From NCBI RefSeq assembly GCF_036365525.1, contig NC_090421.1:2993327-3057326 (forward strand): DNA of 64,000 bases. The letters run 5' to 3'. The translations under genes and the position numbers were made by a program. Source of the DNA: Heterodontus francisci (Eukaryota). This document shows, one piece after another, positions 44,972 to 58,529 of the stretch (positions are counted from its first letter, which is position 1; each line of letters opens with the position of its first letter). Under the pieces are notes generated by a model. It was given only the letters and a program-made list of their open reading frames with translations. It was not told where the DNA came from and did no database searches.

Positions 44972-47900
44972 AGCGTCACCAGGAAATTGGGCAAAAGGAG
45001 ACAATATAGTTCAAGATGAGGTCCAGCAACTTTGCCCCACACCACTGGAGCTCTGTGTACGATATGAGCTCAGTGTGAATTGACAAAAGCCACCTTTGGC
45101 TGTTGGCTGCTCAGGACTGGAAACAAAATGGATTTTGGCAGTTTCTAATGGCTCTATGGTGGATTTAAGTCCACAGTATTTAAAAAAAATAACCCTATCC
45201 TTAATGTGTCAGTCTTAGCTTTTAGATGCCGAGGTTGAATATGTGGGGAATGGACATGACAACAAGGGGTGCTCTATAGACTGCTTGATACCATTAGATT
45301 TTGCTGCCAATCACTGCAGTTCATCATTAATTTCAATAGGGGTGAGAATAATTGGGGGCAAGATATTTCAAACTGGGAAAGTTGCAGGTTAATTATGTTA
45401 CATGTTCATCAATTAGTGCAGAGTGGGATTTAAACCTGCATTCTTGTGCTCTCAGCTCAAGAGAATCACTTATTTCCCCATTGAAATGTTTGCTGTGCTG
45501 ACTCACAGTGATGTGTCTATTTTGGGAATGTGGCAGGTTCAGCCGTTATCTAGTCTGAACTGTGTGGGTTTTTCAATTGGCTGGGACAACGCTTCCTCCT
45601 TTGAGTAAATGTAGGGGCCGTGAGAGGTGACAAACCATATGTACAATATAGTGACAGCCAAGGGCTATGTGTCATAGACATAGTTTGACTCTTAACTCAT
45701 GTTGCCCAAGGTCATGTAGGAAACATTCCAACTCTGTGGAACAGAGTAGCCACATAAACACTCATCTTAAAAACAGCATTCCAGACACACTCTGAATCTT
45801 TTGTGTTCTGACCCTCTCTTCCCCACCCCAAATCCCCTCCAGACTTGTGTATTTCACCATTGAGGCAGACATCATCACTCATAAGTGACATAAGCAGTAC
45901 AAAGAGCTGTAAGGGATGTAGTTACCTGTAGCATCCAGACTTCACTATTATCTATTTATATTTGTGACATTTAGTAAATAATATTATTTATGTTTTTTCT
46001 TAATTTTGCACTGAGCTACTGTACTGTACTATATGCTCAAGGAGGGGTGGGGGGGTTCTGGAGTGATAGGTTCCCAGTCCAGGCATCACAATGACACCCA
46101 GTAATTCCAGTTCTATTGAAATCCTGGGCCAACCGTAACCATTCCTGGAAACTTAGTTACAGATTTATCAAACTTCAACTGCAGCAATATAGCAATAATT
46201 TCTTTTCCAGGGATGAATATGAATGTCATACCTCATGCTCAAAGTTGGATACAATAATAGTGAAATCCATATAATTGTCTTTCACTACATATTCCCCCCA
46301 CTCCACCCCTCCCACCCCCACCCCCCACAACCAGGCCTTAAAAATGAACAAAAGCCAGCTGAATGAAAGAATGCTGCAGTGACACTGAGCTGGGACCTTC
46401 GTACCGAATCACAAGAGGCAGTCTTTTTGTGCTGCACAGATTTCGCAGTACAGGTTACAGTAAAGGTCAAACTCTGGCTATGTTCCACACACGGCATTCA
46501 CATTGAACCTCAATGAAATGGTCTCAGTCATTGTGCGATTTGCTGATGCTTATGTTGTGTGTGACTGACAGGTTGTTGGGAAGGAAAATAGATATAATAA
46601 AAAGAAGAGTGACTGTGCGCAGTAAACTTCATGTAGGTTTTTCAGACTGCTCCTGGTAGATGGTTAAAGGCTGCCAAACATACATTACAAAATAGATGTG
46701 ATTGCGCTATCTGCTTTTGAGTAGGTGTGTTTTTAGTGAACAATTTGATGATTTTATCTGAATTATGCTTGTGTCTGACACACTTGTGACAATAGGTGGT
46801 GACTGAAAATTCCACTGGTTTAAGATAGGTACAGGGAAAACAATCATGTTTTTGTTTGTATGTGGCAACTGACTGCCCGTATTGGAGCAGGAAAATAACA
46901 AGTGTCAGATCAGTCTAGATCTGGTTAAAGGAGGAGCACAGGTGGCCTTTCACCTCTCTGAACTAATGCTGAAATCCACCCCAGACAAAGGTACCTGCTG
47001 AAAGGATCCAAAATAAAATGAGTTTCCATAGCCTCAGAGTTCCCAACAGAGGCCCACAACATGAAATCCACAATCTCACTAAGAGAGGCCACAGAGATAG
47101 TCTATGTGGGAAATCATGCAGTAAGGAGTATTCTTCTGAGGTTGGGTTAAGATACATTACCTGAGATTCTCCTCCATGATCCCACTGGAAATCTAGCAGG
47201 ATCTCAGTGGATGATGATGGAATATTCTTTCAGTGGGACCTACTGTCACCTCACTGTCCCAAATGGGAATTCACATCTCTTCTACTCACCGTGTGCAAAT
47301 AGAAGTGAGGCCCAGGTCTTCAGAGAATTTCCTTCCCATCTGCTTACCTTTTCATCCCAGGGGCACCAGAGGGAGTGATGATAGGCCCCAGGAAACAGTA
47401 GTAACCTCCTCTCCCTCCAGTCTGGCCCCAAACACTTACTGGCCAATGGACCCAGTCTCAGATGAGATCTTTGGGGCAATTCTTCCCCTTTAAGTGTCCC
47501 TCATCACCTCACTGTTAGCACTGGCAGGTTCCTTCTTGAGGCCAGTATCTCACTGGAAGCCTGCCATGCGTCCCAGTGAAATAAGTCCGGGTTGGGGTGG
47601 ATTTGGAGAGGTGGACAGAGGTTGTGTCACAAGGTTGCTGACACTCCTGTGCAGTACTGAGGGAGGGCTGCATGTTTGGCTGTGCTGTCCTTTGGATGCG
47701 ATGTTAAACCAACATTTTTAGTATTTCCTTCTTTCACTGTGAGGGCAGAGTGGAAGGAATCAGCATTGTAACTAAACAATGAGCATGAGGTGCTTGAAAA
47801 CTGGAAAGTGTTCCATTTCCCAGAACTATTATCCCTCAACTTGGCCACAAAATACACCAAAAATAAGTGTGGTTAGGAACATTTTTTAGAATTTATGAAT

Positions 47901-48940
47901 TACCTATAGAGGAGGGAGTTTTAACTGATATGATACAGCCCTACAAAAGCCAAAATAATTTGAGATGTTAAATCCTACAAAGGGTCCGAGTTGTAACATG
48001 TACACTCAGTAGCAATGGAAGCTTTATTAAAGTCCCATCTCAGCCCACTCTAGAGCAGGTATTGCTGACAGTGAGAGTAGGGCAGGAAGAAGCTCTCCAG
48101 AAACACTTTTTTTTTAACAAGAGTACAAGGAATGTTCTCTTTGCCTCCCGCTCCCATATGTGTATGTAGCTAATGATGAAAGCTGATCATTTTATAAATA
48201 ATATTGGATCATATACAAGAAGCATTAACTCCCTGCTCCAGAGTACTGGTGTAAATGGCCGTTGTGAACAGGGCCCCTACATGAACTTGAAATATATGAA
48301 CACTTTGGGATCTGTTCAGTCCTTGACTGGTGTTTCCATAAATAGAAATACAGCGCACCTACACACAGACGTACACCCACCTTTGTGCACACACACCCAT
48401 CCACACTCATCTCTTTCTCACACACCCATCCACGCCCTCTTTCTCTTACGCAGTGACCCAAGCAGCAGCTTTTGTTTCAGCTGACCTTTGGGTGTACACA
48501 ACAGAGTGAGAGGGACAAGAGAAGAGAGGGAAAATATCCCATTATCAAACACTACCAACCTTCACAGAGAAAACCCATCAAAAACTATATTCAAAAACAA
48601 TAATTTAAGAGTCAACATGGAAATTAGGCCAGTAGGATCAGTCACATATGCCGAAACTGGACTGGTCTGCATATGGAAGAGCCCATTCTTTATTCCTTTT
48701 ACCTAAAGGAACACCCTTTTATATGACCATGTTTGCTGTTGAGACTGTTTTATAATGTACAGTTTTTTTTGTGACTGAAAGTTCATTTGTTTCTATATAT
48801 TTTTAGGACCAACAACCTTTCTAAAAAGAAGCTATTATAAGAGAGGACCTCTCTGAATCATGCTGTGACAGGTGTTGTAATGCAAGTGCAACTGTAGAAT
48901 ATATTGTGAGTTCAATAAAGTCACATACTGCGAAACAGGT
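44972..48940 (+). other. BAZ2A: Probable long BAZ2A 3'UTR with poly(A) signal AATAAA at 48914-48919
   Basis: Follows the stop codon, is TE-poor, and has AU-rich blocks (~45940-46030, ~48715-48910) ending at a canonical hexamer. The end point is inferred. Confidence 0.55.
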
Positions 48941-49214
48941 GGAATCTGAGGCTCAATATTTTGAATGTTATTCTTTGCATCATTTGTTCATTTATCTCAG
49001 TAACCTACACAGACATAAAGCTATTATTTTTAGTGGGGGAGGCTGGCTGGCACATTGGGTTAGGGCAACTGCCTCACTCCTATTTGAAGAGAAGTATGTT
49101 CAGTGAGGCGACCTCTACAGAGAGCTCAGATAAAATCCAAGATTTAGCCATATACTCCCATAGATTCCAGCTTCATGAAGGTAGCATGGAAACTCAAACA
49201 AATAATTTCTGTAA

Positions 49215-49620
49215 AAAAAAATGCATTTATATAGCACCTGTCATGACCACCAGATGCCTCAAAATGCTTTACAGTCAATGAAGTGTTTTTTGAGATGGGG
49301 TGACTGTTGTAATGCAGGAAATGCAGTAGCCAACTTGCGTACAATAAGATCCCACAAACAGAAATGTGATAATGATCAGAAAATCAGTTTTTGTGATGTT
49401 GATTGAGGGATAAATATTGGCCAGGACACCAGGGAGAACACCCCTGCTCGTCTTCAAAATAGTGCCATGGGATCTTTTACAACCACCCCGAGCAGGCAGA
49501 TGGGGCCGCAGTTTAACATCTCATGTGAAGGACGCCACCTCCGACAGTGTGGCACTCCCTCAGTACTGCACTGGAGCGTCAAGCTTGATTTTTGTGCTCA
49601 AGATCTGGAGTGGAATGCAA
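49215..49620 (-). mobile_element. Deu-domain SINE
   Basis: Reverse complement of the 31495 family (gcactccctcagtactgcactgga). Confidence 0.75.
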
Positions 49621-50446
49621 AGTAAAGCAATGTAAATGGGGTTCCTGAGCCGTATATGCTCCGTCAGCTTGTATAAAGCCGCAACCTGTCCTTTACGTTT
49701 CTCATGAACTAGCCTGTTCCTTTCTGATTACTGGACGGATGTCCAAAGCAACTGATGTGTGTGTTGCTGCCAGCTTAAAAGTCACTGGGAGTAAATCGTT
49801 TTCAAGCTCACAAAGATCCCCATTTTTGTGGTTGAAAAATCACAACTGCACTCTGGAACACATGATCTATGTGTGCCTCAAATTGAATCCTAGTCAGAAG
49901 GGCAGCTTTGAGGTAAATTGATTCCTGGTATTGTTCTCCAAGATCATTGCTACTTCCCACTCTTTTGACTAGAGACCCTTTTGAGAATTTGACATGACCA
50001 CCGTCCATACTGATTGCCCTACCATTAACTAAGTGGCGTAACACAGAGTCTATTTCGTCCCACTGAACGAATTCACTTAAAACCTTCAATGTGTGCACCA
50101 CATTACACTAGCTTTCCCAACCTCCAGGGGTCCTTACTATTGTCTGTTAGGTCAAACCCTAAAGATCCCCACACAGGTTTGTTAGACACTGGACTACTCA
50201 GTCATTGGCAAGCAGCTCAGAGGAACCCTTTTAACCATAACTGATGACAGGCCTTAGAAAATTTAAAAAAAATATTTAGATGCAATTTTGAATACTAGCA
50301 TGGGAAGTGAGTTGACTAAAGTCTACTTCTTTAAAACTGTTGATCATTAAAAAAAAGCTTTACTTTTCAAAAATGTGAAACCACAGTTTAGGAATATTAC
50401 ATTTAGTAGTGTGCTTTGGTGTAGTTGGATTTATATAGGACTTCTA

Positions 50447-50546
50447 AGTTCCGATGAAGGGTCACTGACCCGAAACGTTAACTCTGCTTCTCTTTCCACA
50501 GATGCTGCCAGACCTGCTGAGTGAATCCAGCATTTCTTGTTTTTAT
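50447..50546 (+). mobile_element. Penelope terminal-repeat fragment with hammerhead-like motif
   Basis: agttccgatgaagggtcactgacccgaaacgttaact... Confidence 0.8.
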
Positions 50547-50628
50547 GACAGTTATTACTGCACCTGCAACATTAAATAGTTAGATGCAACTAGTTCACAA
50601 TATATATATGTCTAGGTTATAAAAGCTG

Positions 50629-51734
50629 AAGAGGGAATTTTCCTCCACACAAGATCAGGGGGCAGGTTGTTCAACCTTGCCCGTCTAAGAGCGAAGTCCA
50701 AAGTACGGAAAGTCCTCATCAGAGAACTCCTCTTTGCTGACGATGCTGCTTTAACATCTCACACTGAAGAATGCCTGCAGAGTCTCATCGACAGGTTTGC
50801 GTCTGCCTGCAATGAATTTGGCCTAACCATCAGCCTCAAGAAAACGAACATCATGGGGCAGGATGTCAGAAATGATCCATCCATCAATATTGGCGACCAC
50901 GCTCTGGAAGTGGTTCAAGAGTTCACCTACCTAGGCTCAACTATCACCAGTAACCTGTCTCTAGATGCAGAAATCAACAAGCGCATGGGTAAGGCTTCCA
51001 CTGCTATGTCCAGACTGGCCAAGAGAGTGTGGGAAAATGGCGCACTGACACGGAACACAAAAGTCCGAGTGTATCAGGCCTGTGTCCTCAGTACCTTGCT
51101 CTACGGCAGCGAGGCCTGGACAACGTATGCCAGCCAAGAGCGACGTCTCAATTCATTCCATCTTCGCTGCCTTCGGAGAATACTTGGCATCAGGTGGCAG
51201 GACTATATCTCCAACACAGAAGTCCTTGAAGCGGCCAACACCCCCAGCTTATACACACTACTGAGTCAGCGGCGCTTGAGATGGCTTGGCCATGTGAGCC
51301 GCATGGAAGATGGCAGGATCCCCAAAGACACATTGTACAGCGAGCTCGCCACTGGTATCAGACCCACCGGCCGTCCATGTCTCCGTTATAAAGACGTCTG
51401 CAAACGCGACATGAAATCGTGTGACATTGATCACAAGTCGTGGGAGTCAGTTGCCAGCATTCGCCAGAGCTGGCGGGCAGCCATAAAGACAGGGCTAAAT
51501 TGTGGCGAGTCGAAGAGACTTAGTAGTTGGCAGGAAAAAAGACAGAGGCGCAAGGGGAGAGCCAACTGTGCAACAGCCCCAACAAACAAATTTCTCTGCA
51601 GCACCTGTGGAAGAGCCTGTCACTCCAGAATTGGCCTTTATAGCCACTCCAGGCGCTGCTTCACAAACCACTGACCACCTCCAGGCGCGTATCCATTGTC
51701 TCTCGAGATAAGGAGGCCCAAAAGAAAAGAAAAG
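50629..51734 (+). mobile_element. 5'-truncated RTE-clade LINE
   Basis: Open frame 50667-51674: LLFADD, FTYLGS, LRWLGHV.RM.DGRIPK, C-terminal CxxC...H finger. (aaaag)n tail. TSD aaaagctg at 50621-50628 and 51735-51742. Confidence 0.9.
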
Positions 51735-51739
51735 AAAAG

Positions 51740-51834
51740 CTGCGGATGCTGGCAATCTGAAACAAAAACAAGAAATGCTGGAATCACTCAGCAGGTCTGG
51801 CAGCATCTGTGGAAAGAGAAGCAGAGTTAACGTT
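51740..51834 (-). mobile_element. Penelope terminal-repeat fragment
   Basis: Reverse complement of the 50447 and 57635 terminus, ending at gttaacgtt. Confidence 0.8.
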
Positions 51835-51894
51835 GGGCGAGATTTTAACTCATTCAGAACTCATATTTGGAGAGTTAAAATTGGGCCTGTTCAA

Positions 51895-51956
51895 ACTGCG
51901 TGACCTTTGACCGGTCTCTTCCGCTTGTCGCAGTTAGTGAAAGATCGGGAGATTCG
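51895..51956 (+). promoter_or_regulatory. COX14: COX14 promoter and non-coding exon 1 (CpG-rich region to ~52265)
   Basis: tgacctttgacc (DR1/ERR-type nuclear-receptor site, 51901-51912); ctcttccg (ETS-like, pyrimidine-rich start); strong donor cg|gtgagt at 51957. Confidence 0.7.
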
Positions 51957-52611
51957 GTGAGTGAGGAGGAAAACCATCGGGGTTCAGAAGCAGCTGCTTC
52001 TTCATTCGCAGTTTTTAATAAGAACTCTGATTTGAAGCCGAGACTTTCTCCGGGCTCAGGCCGCAGGAGCAGCGGCTGCAAGGTGATCCTGTGCCGGGGA
52101 AGCGACATCGAAACTGCGGCCTCGGAATCCGGGGCCTGGGTTTTGGGGCGGGTCGGCTTCAGACGGCTTGTTGCAACCGTTTAGAAAGCCAGCTCCAGCC
52201 CAGTAACCACGCTGTTTATTGGAAAGGTTGAGCCGGTTTACCTTTGTCCCGGATCCCGATCAACGATCATTTAAGTAAGCCAGTGGTGAGGAAGGGCATG
52301 TGAATTGTTGAGGTCAGGCTGCTCATGTTTTTAATCGCCTGTCAGTTCATTAAAATAAGGATTCATTTTACCCACTCTGGCCACTGCTCCGTGGATTTGT
52401 GCACACAGGGGACATTTAGGGATTCAATTGACATGAGGTGCAACCTGGCAAGGAGCAGCCAATTGGAAAGCAAATTAATATACCAGCAACTCTTATTCAC
52501 CTCGAAAAATAGTCCTCTCTTCTGCTTGCTCAGGGAATGGTATGTGCCAGGGGAAGTTGCTGGGTACCAGTTTGCTTCCAGTATCCCCCCACCCTGGTCA
52601 AATGCAACAGT

Positions 52612-53005
52612 GTCAGCCATGGCTTCGTTGGGAGCACTCTTGCCTGAGTCAGAAAGCTGTGGCTTTAAATCCTAGGACTTGAACACCAGCATCTCGGCTG
52701 ACACGCCAGTGTGGCATCTTTCCAATGAAACATTAAACCGAGGTCCCATCTGCCCTCTCAGAACAAGGATTTACAGCACTATTTCAAAGAGCAAGAAAGT
52801 TATCACTGATTTCCTGGCCACTATGTTATCCCTCAATCAACATCACAGAAGCAGATTATCCAGTCATTATCACATTGCTATTTGTGGGAGCTTGCTGTGT
52901 GCAAATTGGCTATCGCGTTTCCTACATTACAACAGTGGCTCCACTTCAAAAGTACTTCATTGGCTGTAAAGTGCTTTAGTGAAAGGCACTATAGAAATGT
53001 AAGTT
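52612..53005 (+). mobile_element. Deu-domain SINE in the COX14 intron
   Basis: Same family as 31495-31873. Confidence 0.7.
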
Positions 53006-53053
53006 TTTTTTCCTGACTGAAATCACTGGTGTATTTGTTTCAGATCTGTCACA

Positions 53054-53230
53054 ATGATGTCCTCCAAGAGGCTCGCAGACCTTGGCTACAAGATGTTCTC
53101 AGGATCAATGATATTACTGACGGTATATGGTGGTTATCTGTGCAGTGTCCGTGCATACCGCTACTTCCAGAGACAGAAGGCCATAAAGGCAGCAGCTGAA
53201 GATCAAGTCAATGAAATGGTAAAGGACTAA
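53054..53230 (+). CDS. COX14: Cytochrome c oxidase assembly factor COX14 (58 aa; CDS within one exon)
   Basis: Acceptor tttgtttcag| at 53043. Encodes [58 protein letters not shown]; compare human [35 protein letters not shown] as recalled. Confidence 0.95.
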   Translation: MMSSKRLADLGYKMFSGSMILLTVYGGYLCSVRAYRYFQRQKAIKAAAEDQVNEMVKD

Positions 53231-53559
53231 CAGCCATCCTGACCCTGGGAAACAAAAGCCTCCATTTCCACCATGTGAAAAAAAAATGACTGTTTAACAT
53301 GATGTAACTACCAGACTTCTGTGAATTAGCTTTTTCTTTTCTTACTCTATTCATTAGAAAAATTAAGACATGGATAAATAGTTTTGTTTGAAAATTATTT
53401 TCTGCTCAGCTTTTTTTTGTGGCAAATCTTTCTTTACTCAGAATACAGCCTTGATTCACTACACTTGAAAAGGCAAAATATTTCTATAAATATGATCCAA
53501 ATAGTTTGTTGTTTCAGATACAGGATTTTGACAGCTATAATGAAAGAACAGCAACATAT

Positions 53560-55062
53560 TTCCAAGTCTGTAACTACTGAAGGAAATGAGTGTGGAAATC
53601 GCAGAGGCACGGACCATAATTTCTCAGTCTTCCTTAAACTCGGTGGGTGCCAGAGGTCTAGAGAATTGCAAATGTTACACCCTTGTTCAAAAAAAGTGTT
53701 AAGATAAACCCAGCAACTACAGGCCAGTCCATTTAACTCCAGTGGTGGGGAAACTTCTAGAAAGAACAATTTGGGACAATAATAGTCACGTGGGAAAATG
53801 TGGGTTAATTAAGGAAAGCCAGCATGGATTTAAGAGAAAAATCATGTTTGACTAACTTGCTGGAGTTCTTGTGAGGAGGTAACAGAAAGGGTTGATGAGG
53901 GCAATGCTGTTGATGTGATGTACATGGACTTTCAAAAGGCATTTGATACAGCGCCACACAACAGACTTGAGCAAACTTGTAACTCATGGAATAAAAGGGA
54001 CAGTAGCAACATGGATACGGAATTGGCTGAGTGACAGGAAACAAAGAGTAGTGGTTAATGGATGTTTTTCAGACTGGAGGAAGGTTTGTAGTGGAGTTCC
54101 CCAGGGATCAGTGTTGAGACCCTTGCTTTTCCAGATATATATTAATGACCCAGACCTTGGTGTACAGGCACAATTTCAAAGTTTGCAGATAATATGAAAC
54201 TTGGAAGCATTGTGTACTGTGAGGAGGATTGTGTAGAACTTCAAAAGGACATAGACAAGTTGGTGGAATGGGCAGATGAAGTTCAGAGAAATGTGAAGTG
54301 ATTCATTTTGGTAGGAGGAACATGGAGAGACAACATAAAATAAAGGGTACAATTCTAAAGGGGGTGCAGGAGCAGAGGGACCTGGGTGTATTTGTGCGTA
54401 AGTCATTGAAGATGGAAGGACAGGTTGAGAAAGTGGTTATTAAAGCATACAGTATCCTGGCCTTTATTAAAAGGGGCATAGAGTCCAAGAGCAAGGAAGT
54501 TATGTTGAACTTGTATAAGACAATAGTTCAGCCTCAGCTGGAGTATTGCATCCAGTTCTGGGCTCCACACTTTTGGAAAGATGCAAGGGCACAGGAGAGC
54601 GTACAGAAAAGATTCACGAGAATGGGTCCAGGAATGAGGCACTTCATTTACGAAGATAGATTGGAGAAGTTAGGACTGTTTTCCTTGAAGAGAAGGCTGA
54701 GAGGTGATTTGATAGAGGTATTCAAAATCATGAGGGGTCTGGACAGAGAGAAACTGTTCCCACTCGTGAAAGGATCGATAATCAGAGGACACAGATTTAA
54801 AGTATTTGGTAAGAGAAGCAAAAGTGACAGGAGGAAAAACTTTTTCACACAGAGTGGTTAAGGTCTGGAATGTGCTGCCTGAGAACGTGGTGGAGGCAGG
54901 TTCAATTGAAGCATTCTAAAGGGAATTAGACAGTTTTATGACAAGGAAGAATGTGCAGGGTTACAGGAAAAGGCGGGGGGGGGGCAGAAAAATGGCACGT
55001 GAATTGCTCTTTGAGCCGGTGCAGAAACGATGGGCCAAATGGCCGTCTCCTTAACAATTCTG
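53560..55062 (+). mobile_element. Degenerate CR1 LINE
   Basis: [50 protein letters not shown]. Confidence 0.85.
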
Positions 55063-55402
55063 TGAAGTTAGGATGGTGTGTGATTTGAAGGGGAACTTGC
55101 AGGTGGTGGTGTTCCCATGCATCTGCTGGCCTTGTCCTTCTACATGGTTGAGGTTATGGGTTTGGAAGGTGCTGTCGAAAGGAGCCTCGGCAAGTTGCTG
55201 CAGTGCATCTTGTAAAAGTAGTACACTGCAGCCACTGTGCACTGGTGGTGAAAGGAGTGAATTTCTTTTTTTGAGGTAGTGGATGAGGTGCCATTCAAAT
55301 GTTGCACCTCCTCCAAAATCTAGAGTATTACTGCTCACGTGCAAACACATGTGCATTTAGGTGACATACACCACTGCCGAAGTACAACATTAATTGTACC
55401 AT

Positions 55403-57771
55403 CAGCATGACGTTGAGCTCTTCTTCCGTCGCCTCCGGGCTCACTTCTTTGAGCAGGAGTCCTCCCCCTGACCAGCAGACCCATTCACCCGCCTCCAGCA
55501 TTCTCCCTCTACCTGGACCCCTCCCCCTGGCCTCTTACCCGCTCTTGATCTCTTCATTGAAAACTGTCGGCGAGACATTGGTCATCTCAATTTCTCTGCC
55601 CCCCTCACTCACTCTAACCTGTCCCCCGCTGAACTTGAGGCACTCCGTTCTCTCAGGTCTAACCCCGACATGGTCATCCAACCTGCAGACAAGGGTGGTG
55701 CTGTTGTTGTATGGTGTACCGACCTCTACCTTGCAAAGGCTCAGTGCCAACTCTGACACTTCTTCCTACCTCCTGCTGGACCATGACCCCTCCACCGAAC
55801 ATCAAGTCACTGTCCAAAGGACTGTCACTGACCTCATCTCCTCTGGAGATCTTCCCTCTACAGCTTCCAATCTCATAGTCCCGCAACTCCAGACAGCCCG
55901 CTTCTACCTCCTTCCCAAAATCCACAAACGGGACTGTCCCAGCAGACCCATTGTGTCAGCTTGCTCCTGCCCAACTGAATTTATTTCTTCCTATCTTGAC
56001 TCTATCGTTTCTCCGCTGGTCCAGTCTCTTCCCACCTACATCCATGACTCTTCTGACACCCTACGTCATTTTGACAATTTCCAGTTTCCTGGTCCCAACC
56101 GCCTCCTCTTCACTATGGACGTCCAATCGCTCTACACCTCCATCCCCCACCAGGATGGTTTGAGGGCTCTCTGCTTCTTCCTGGAACAGAGGCCCAACCA
56201 GTCCCCATCCACCACCACCCTCCTCCGCCTGGCTGAACTTGTTTTCACATTGAACAACTTCTCCTTCAACTCCACTCACTTCCTTCAAGTAAAAGGTGTT
56301 GCTATGGGTACCCACATGGGTCCTAGTTATGCCTGTCTCTTTGTGGTTATATGTCAAGCATTCTTTGTTCCAGTCCTACTCAGGCCCCCCTCCCCCAACT
56401 CTTTTTTCCGGTACATTGATAACTGTATCGGTGCCATTTCCTGCTCCTGCCCCGAACTGAAAAACTTTATCAACTTTGCTTCCAATTTCCACCCTTCTCT
56501 CACCTTTACATGGTCCATCTCTGACACTTCCCTTCCCTTCCTCGACTTCTCTGTCTCCATCTCTGGGGATAGGTTGTCTACTAATATCCATTATAAGCCC
56601 ACTGACTCCCACAGCTATCTCGACTACACTTCTTCACACCCTACCTCGTGTAAGGACTCCATTCCATTCTCCCAGTTTCTCCGTCTCCGACGAATCTGCT
56701 CTGATGCTACCTTCCATGACGGTGCTTCTGATTCTGACCTTTTTCCTCAATCGAGGATGCCCCCACTGTTGTTGACAAGGCCCCCCCTCAACCGTGTCCG
56801 GCCCATTTCCTGCACCTCTACGCTTACCCCTTCCCCTCCCTCCCAGAACCGTGACAGGGTTCCCCTTGTTCTCACTTTCCACCCTATCAGCCTCCATATC
56901 CAAAGGCTCATCCTTCCCTATTGCCGCCACCTCCAAACGCATCTTCCCCTCCCTTCCCGTCAGCATTCCGAAGTGATCGTTTTCCTCCGCGACACCCTGG
57001 TCCACTCCTCCATTACCACCTCGTCCCCGTCTCATGGCACCTTCCCCTGCAATCGCAGGAGGTGTAATACCTGCCCATTTACCTCCTCACTATCCCAGGC
57101 CCCAAACCCTTGTTTCAGGTGAAGCAGCGATTTATTTGTACTTCTTTCAATGTAGTATACTGTATTCGCTGCTCACAATGTGGTCTCCTCTACATTAGGG
57201 AGACCAAGCGCAGATTGGGTGACCGCTTTGCGTAACACCTCCGCTCAGTCCGCAAGCAGGACCCAGAGCTTCCGGTTGCTTGCCATTTTAACACTCCCCA
57301 GCTCCCGCTCCCGCTCCCCAATTTTCTTTTATTTTTAGTTATTTTTTCTTTTACATTTTTTATTTTAAGTTTCTTTCATTTGACCTTAGTTTGTTCAGTT
57401 TGCTTACCCAGTTTTTTTTCACATTTGTACTTGCTGCTGTTTAATCTTTAGTCCACTAACACCCCATCTGTACTAATGCTTTGTCTTTCAACACAATTAA
57501 CATATTGTTTGCCTTTACTCCATGACCTTTTGGTCAGCTATGTGGCCTTGTCCAAACTGCCCCTTCTCCTTTGTTATCTCTTGCCCCCATCCCCGCCTCA
57601 CTTGCTTATAACCTGTGACATTTCTAATATTTGTCAGTTCCGAAGAAGGGTCACTGACCCGAAACGTTAACTCTGCTTTGCTTTCCACAGATGCTGCCAG
57701 AGCTGCTGAGTGGTTCCAGCATTTCTGGTTTTTATTTCAGATTTCCAGCATCCACCGTATTTTGCTTTTAT
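55403..57771 (+). mobile_element. 5'-truncated, decayed Penelope-like retroelement (RT + GIY-YIG endonuclease + terminal repeat)
   Basis: FYLLPKIHK..PSRPIVS, LFTMDVQSLYTSIP, GVAMGTHMGPSYA, FRYIDN; GIY-YIG-type NVVYCIRCSQCGLLYI near 57150-57200. 14-bp TSD attaattgtaccat at 55389-55402 and 57772-57785. Confidence 0.9.
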
Positions 57772-58529
57772 ATTAATTGTACCATTCTGGATATAAATAT
57801 ACATTACCTCAAGATTAATACTTCTGCAATCATTTATGTGCAGGCCAGTTACCAAGGCTTTGATTAGCTTTAAACATTTTAATTAAAAAAAAACTCCCAC
57901 CCCTGAAGCAAACTCCTCACTGGGTTGTACTTTTGTGGGCTTCAGGCATCCTATGGTACATTCATGCAGATTTATTCTTTATGCGAATTCCACTGAGTGC
58001 TCAGTTTTAATTCGGATAAAGGATACACAGCCAAAATAGTAACCTGTCTCTTTATAGTGCTGACTTGACCGGCTGTTTATTTCCAGCATTTTGTTTTTGT
58101 AACAATTTATTGAAGCTGCTACACACTTGGCAAGCAAAAGGGCCTGAAAAGCAGAACAGAAAATAAACCAGTTGAATCCTAACAAGCACTACTTTAAAGA
58201 TTGGCAATGCATGTTGTGCACTTGACTCAAATCACTGATCAGGGTTTTGCACAAGAGAACAGATTTTCTAAATTTGCTTTTTCCACTAAGTAAATGTTAT
58301 AGTAAATCTATCAGCAGGCTCACATCTTCTTTTTAAAATGTCCAAGCCAGATTCTGAAATTGCATTTCATGGATGAAAGTTGAACTGTGACTGTTTTGCT
58401 TAGAGAAGGGCTGTGCACCTACACCTGTTCCAACTGGCAACTTGGCTTTCAAACACAGAATCTCAGAATGGTGTCTGTGCTACCTTCATTTTAGTCAACT
58501 GAGAAAATGAAATGGCAACATTCAATTAA

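Noticed and set aside
46925-46990. LF-SINE-like motif gcctttcacctct in the 3'UTR
   Set aside because: The match is too short to support without a profile search.
55407-57122. 571-aa Penelope ORF as an active protein
   Set aside because: The N-terminal part is out of frame, the catalytic YIDD reads YIDN, and the endonuclease region has a frameshift and stops.
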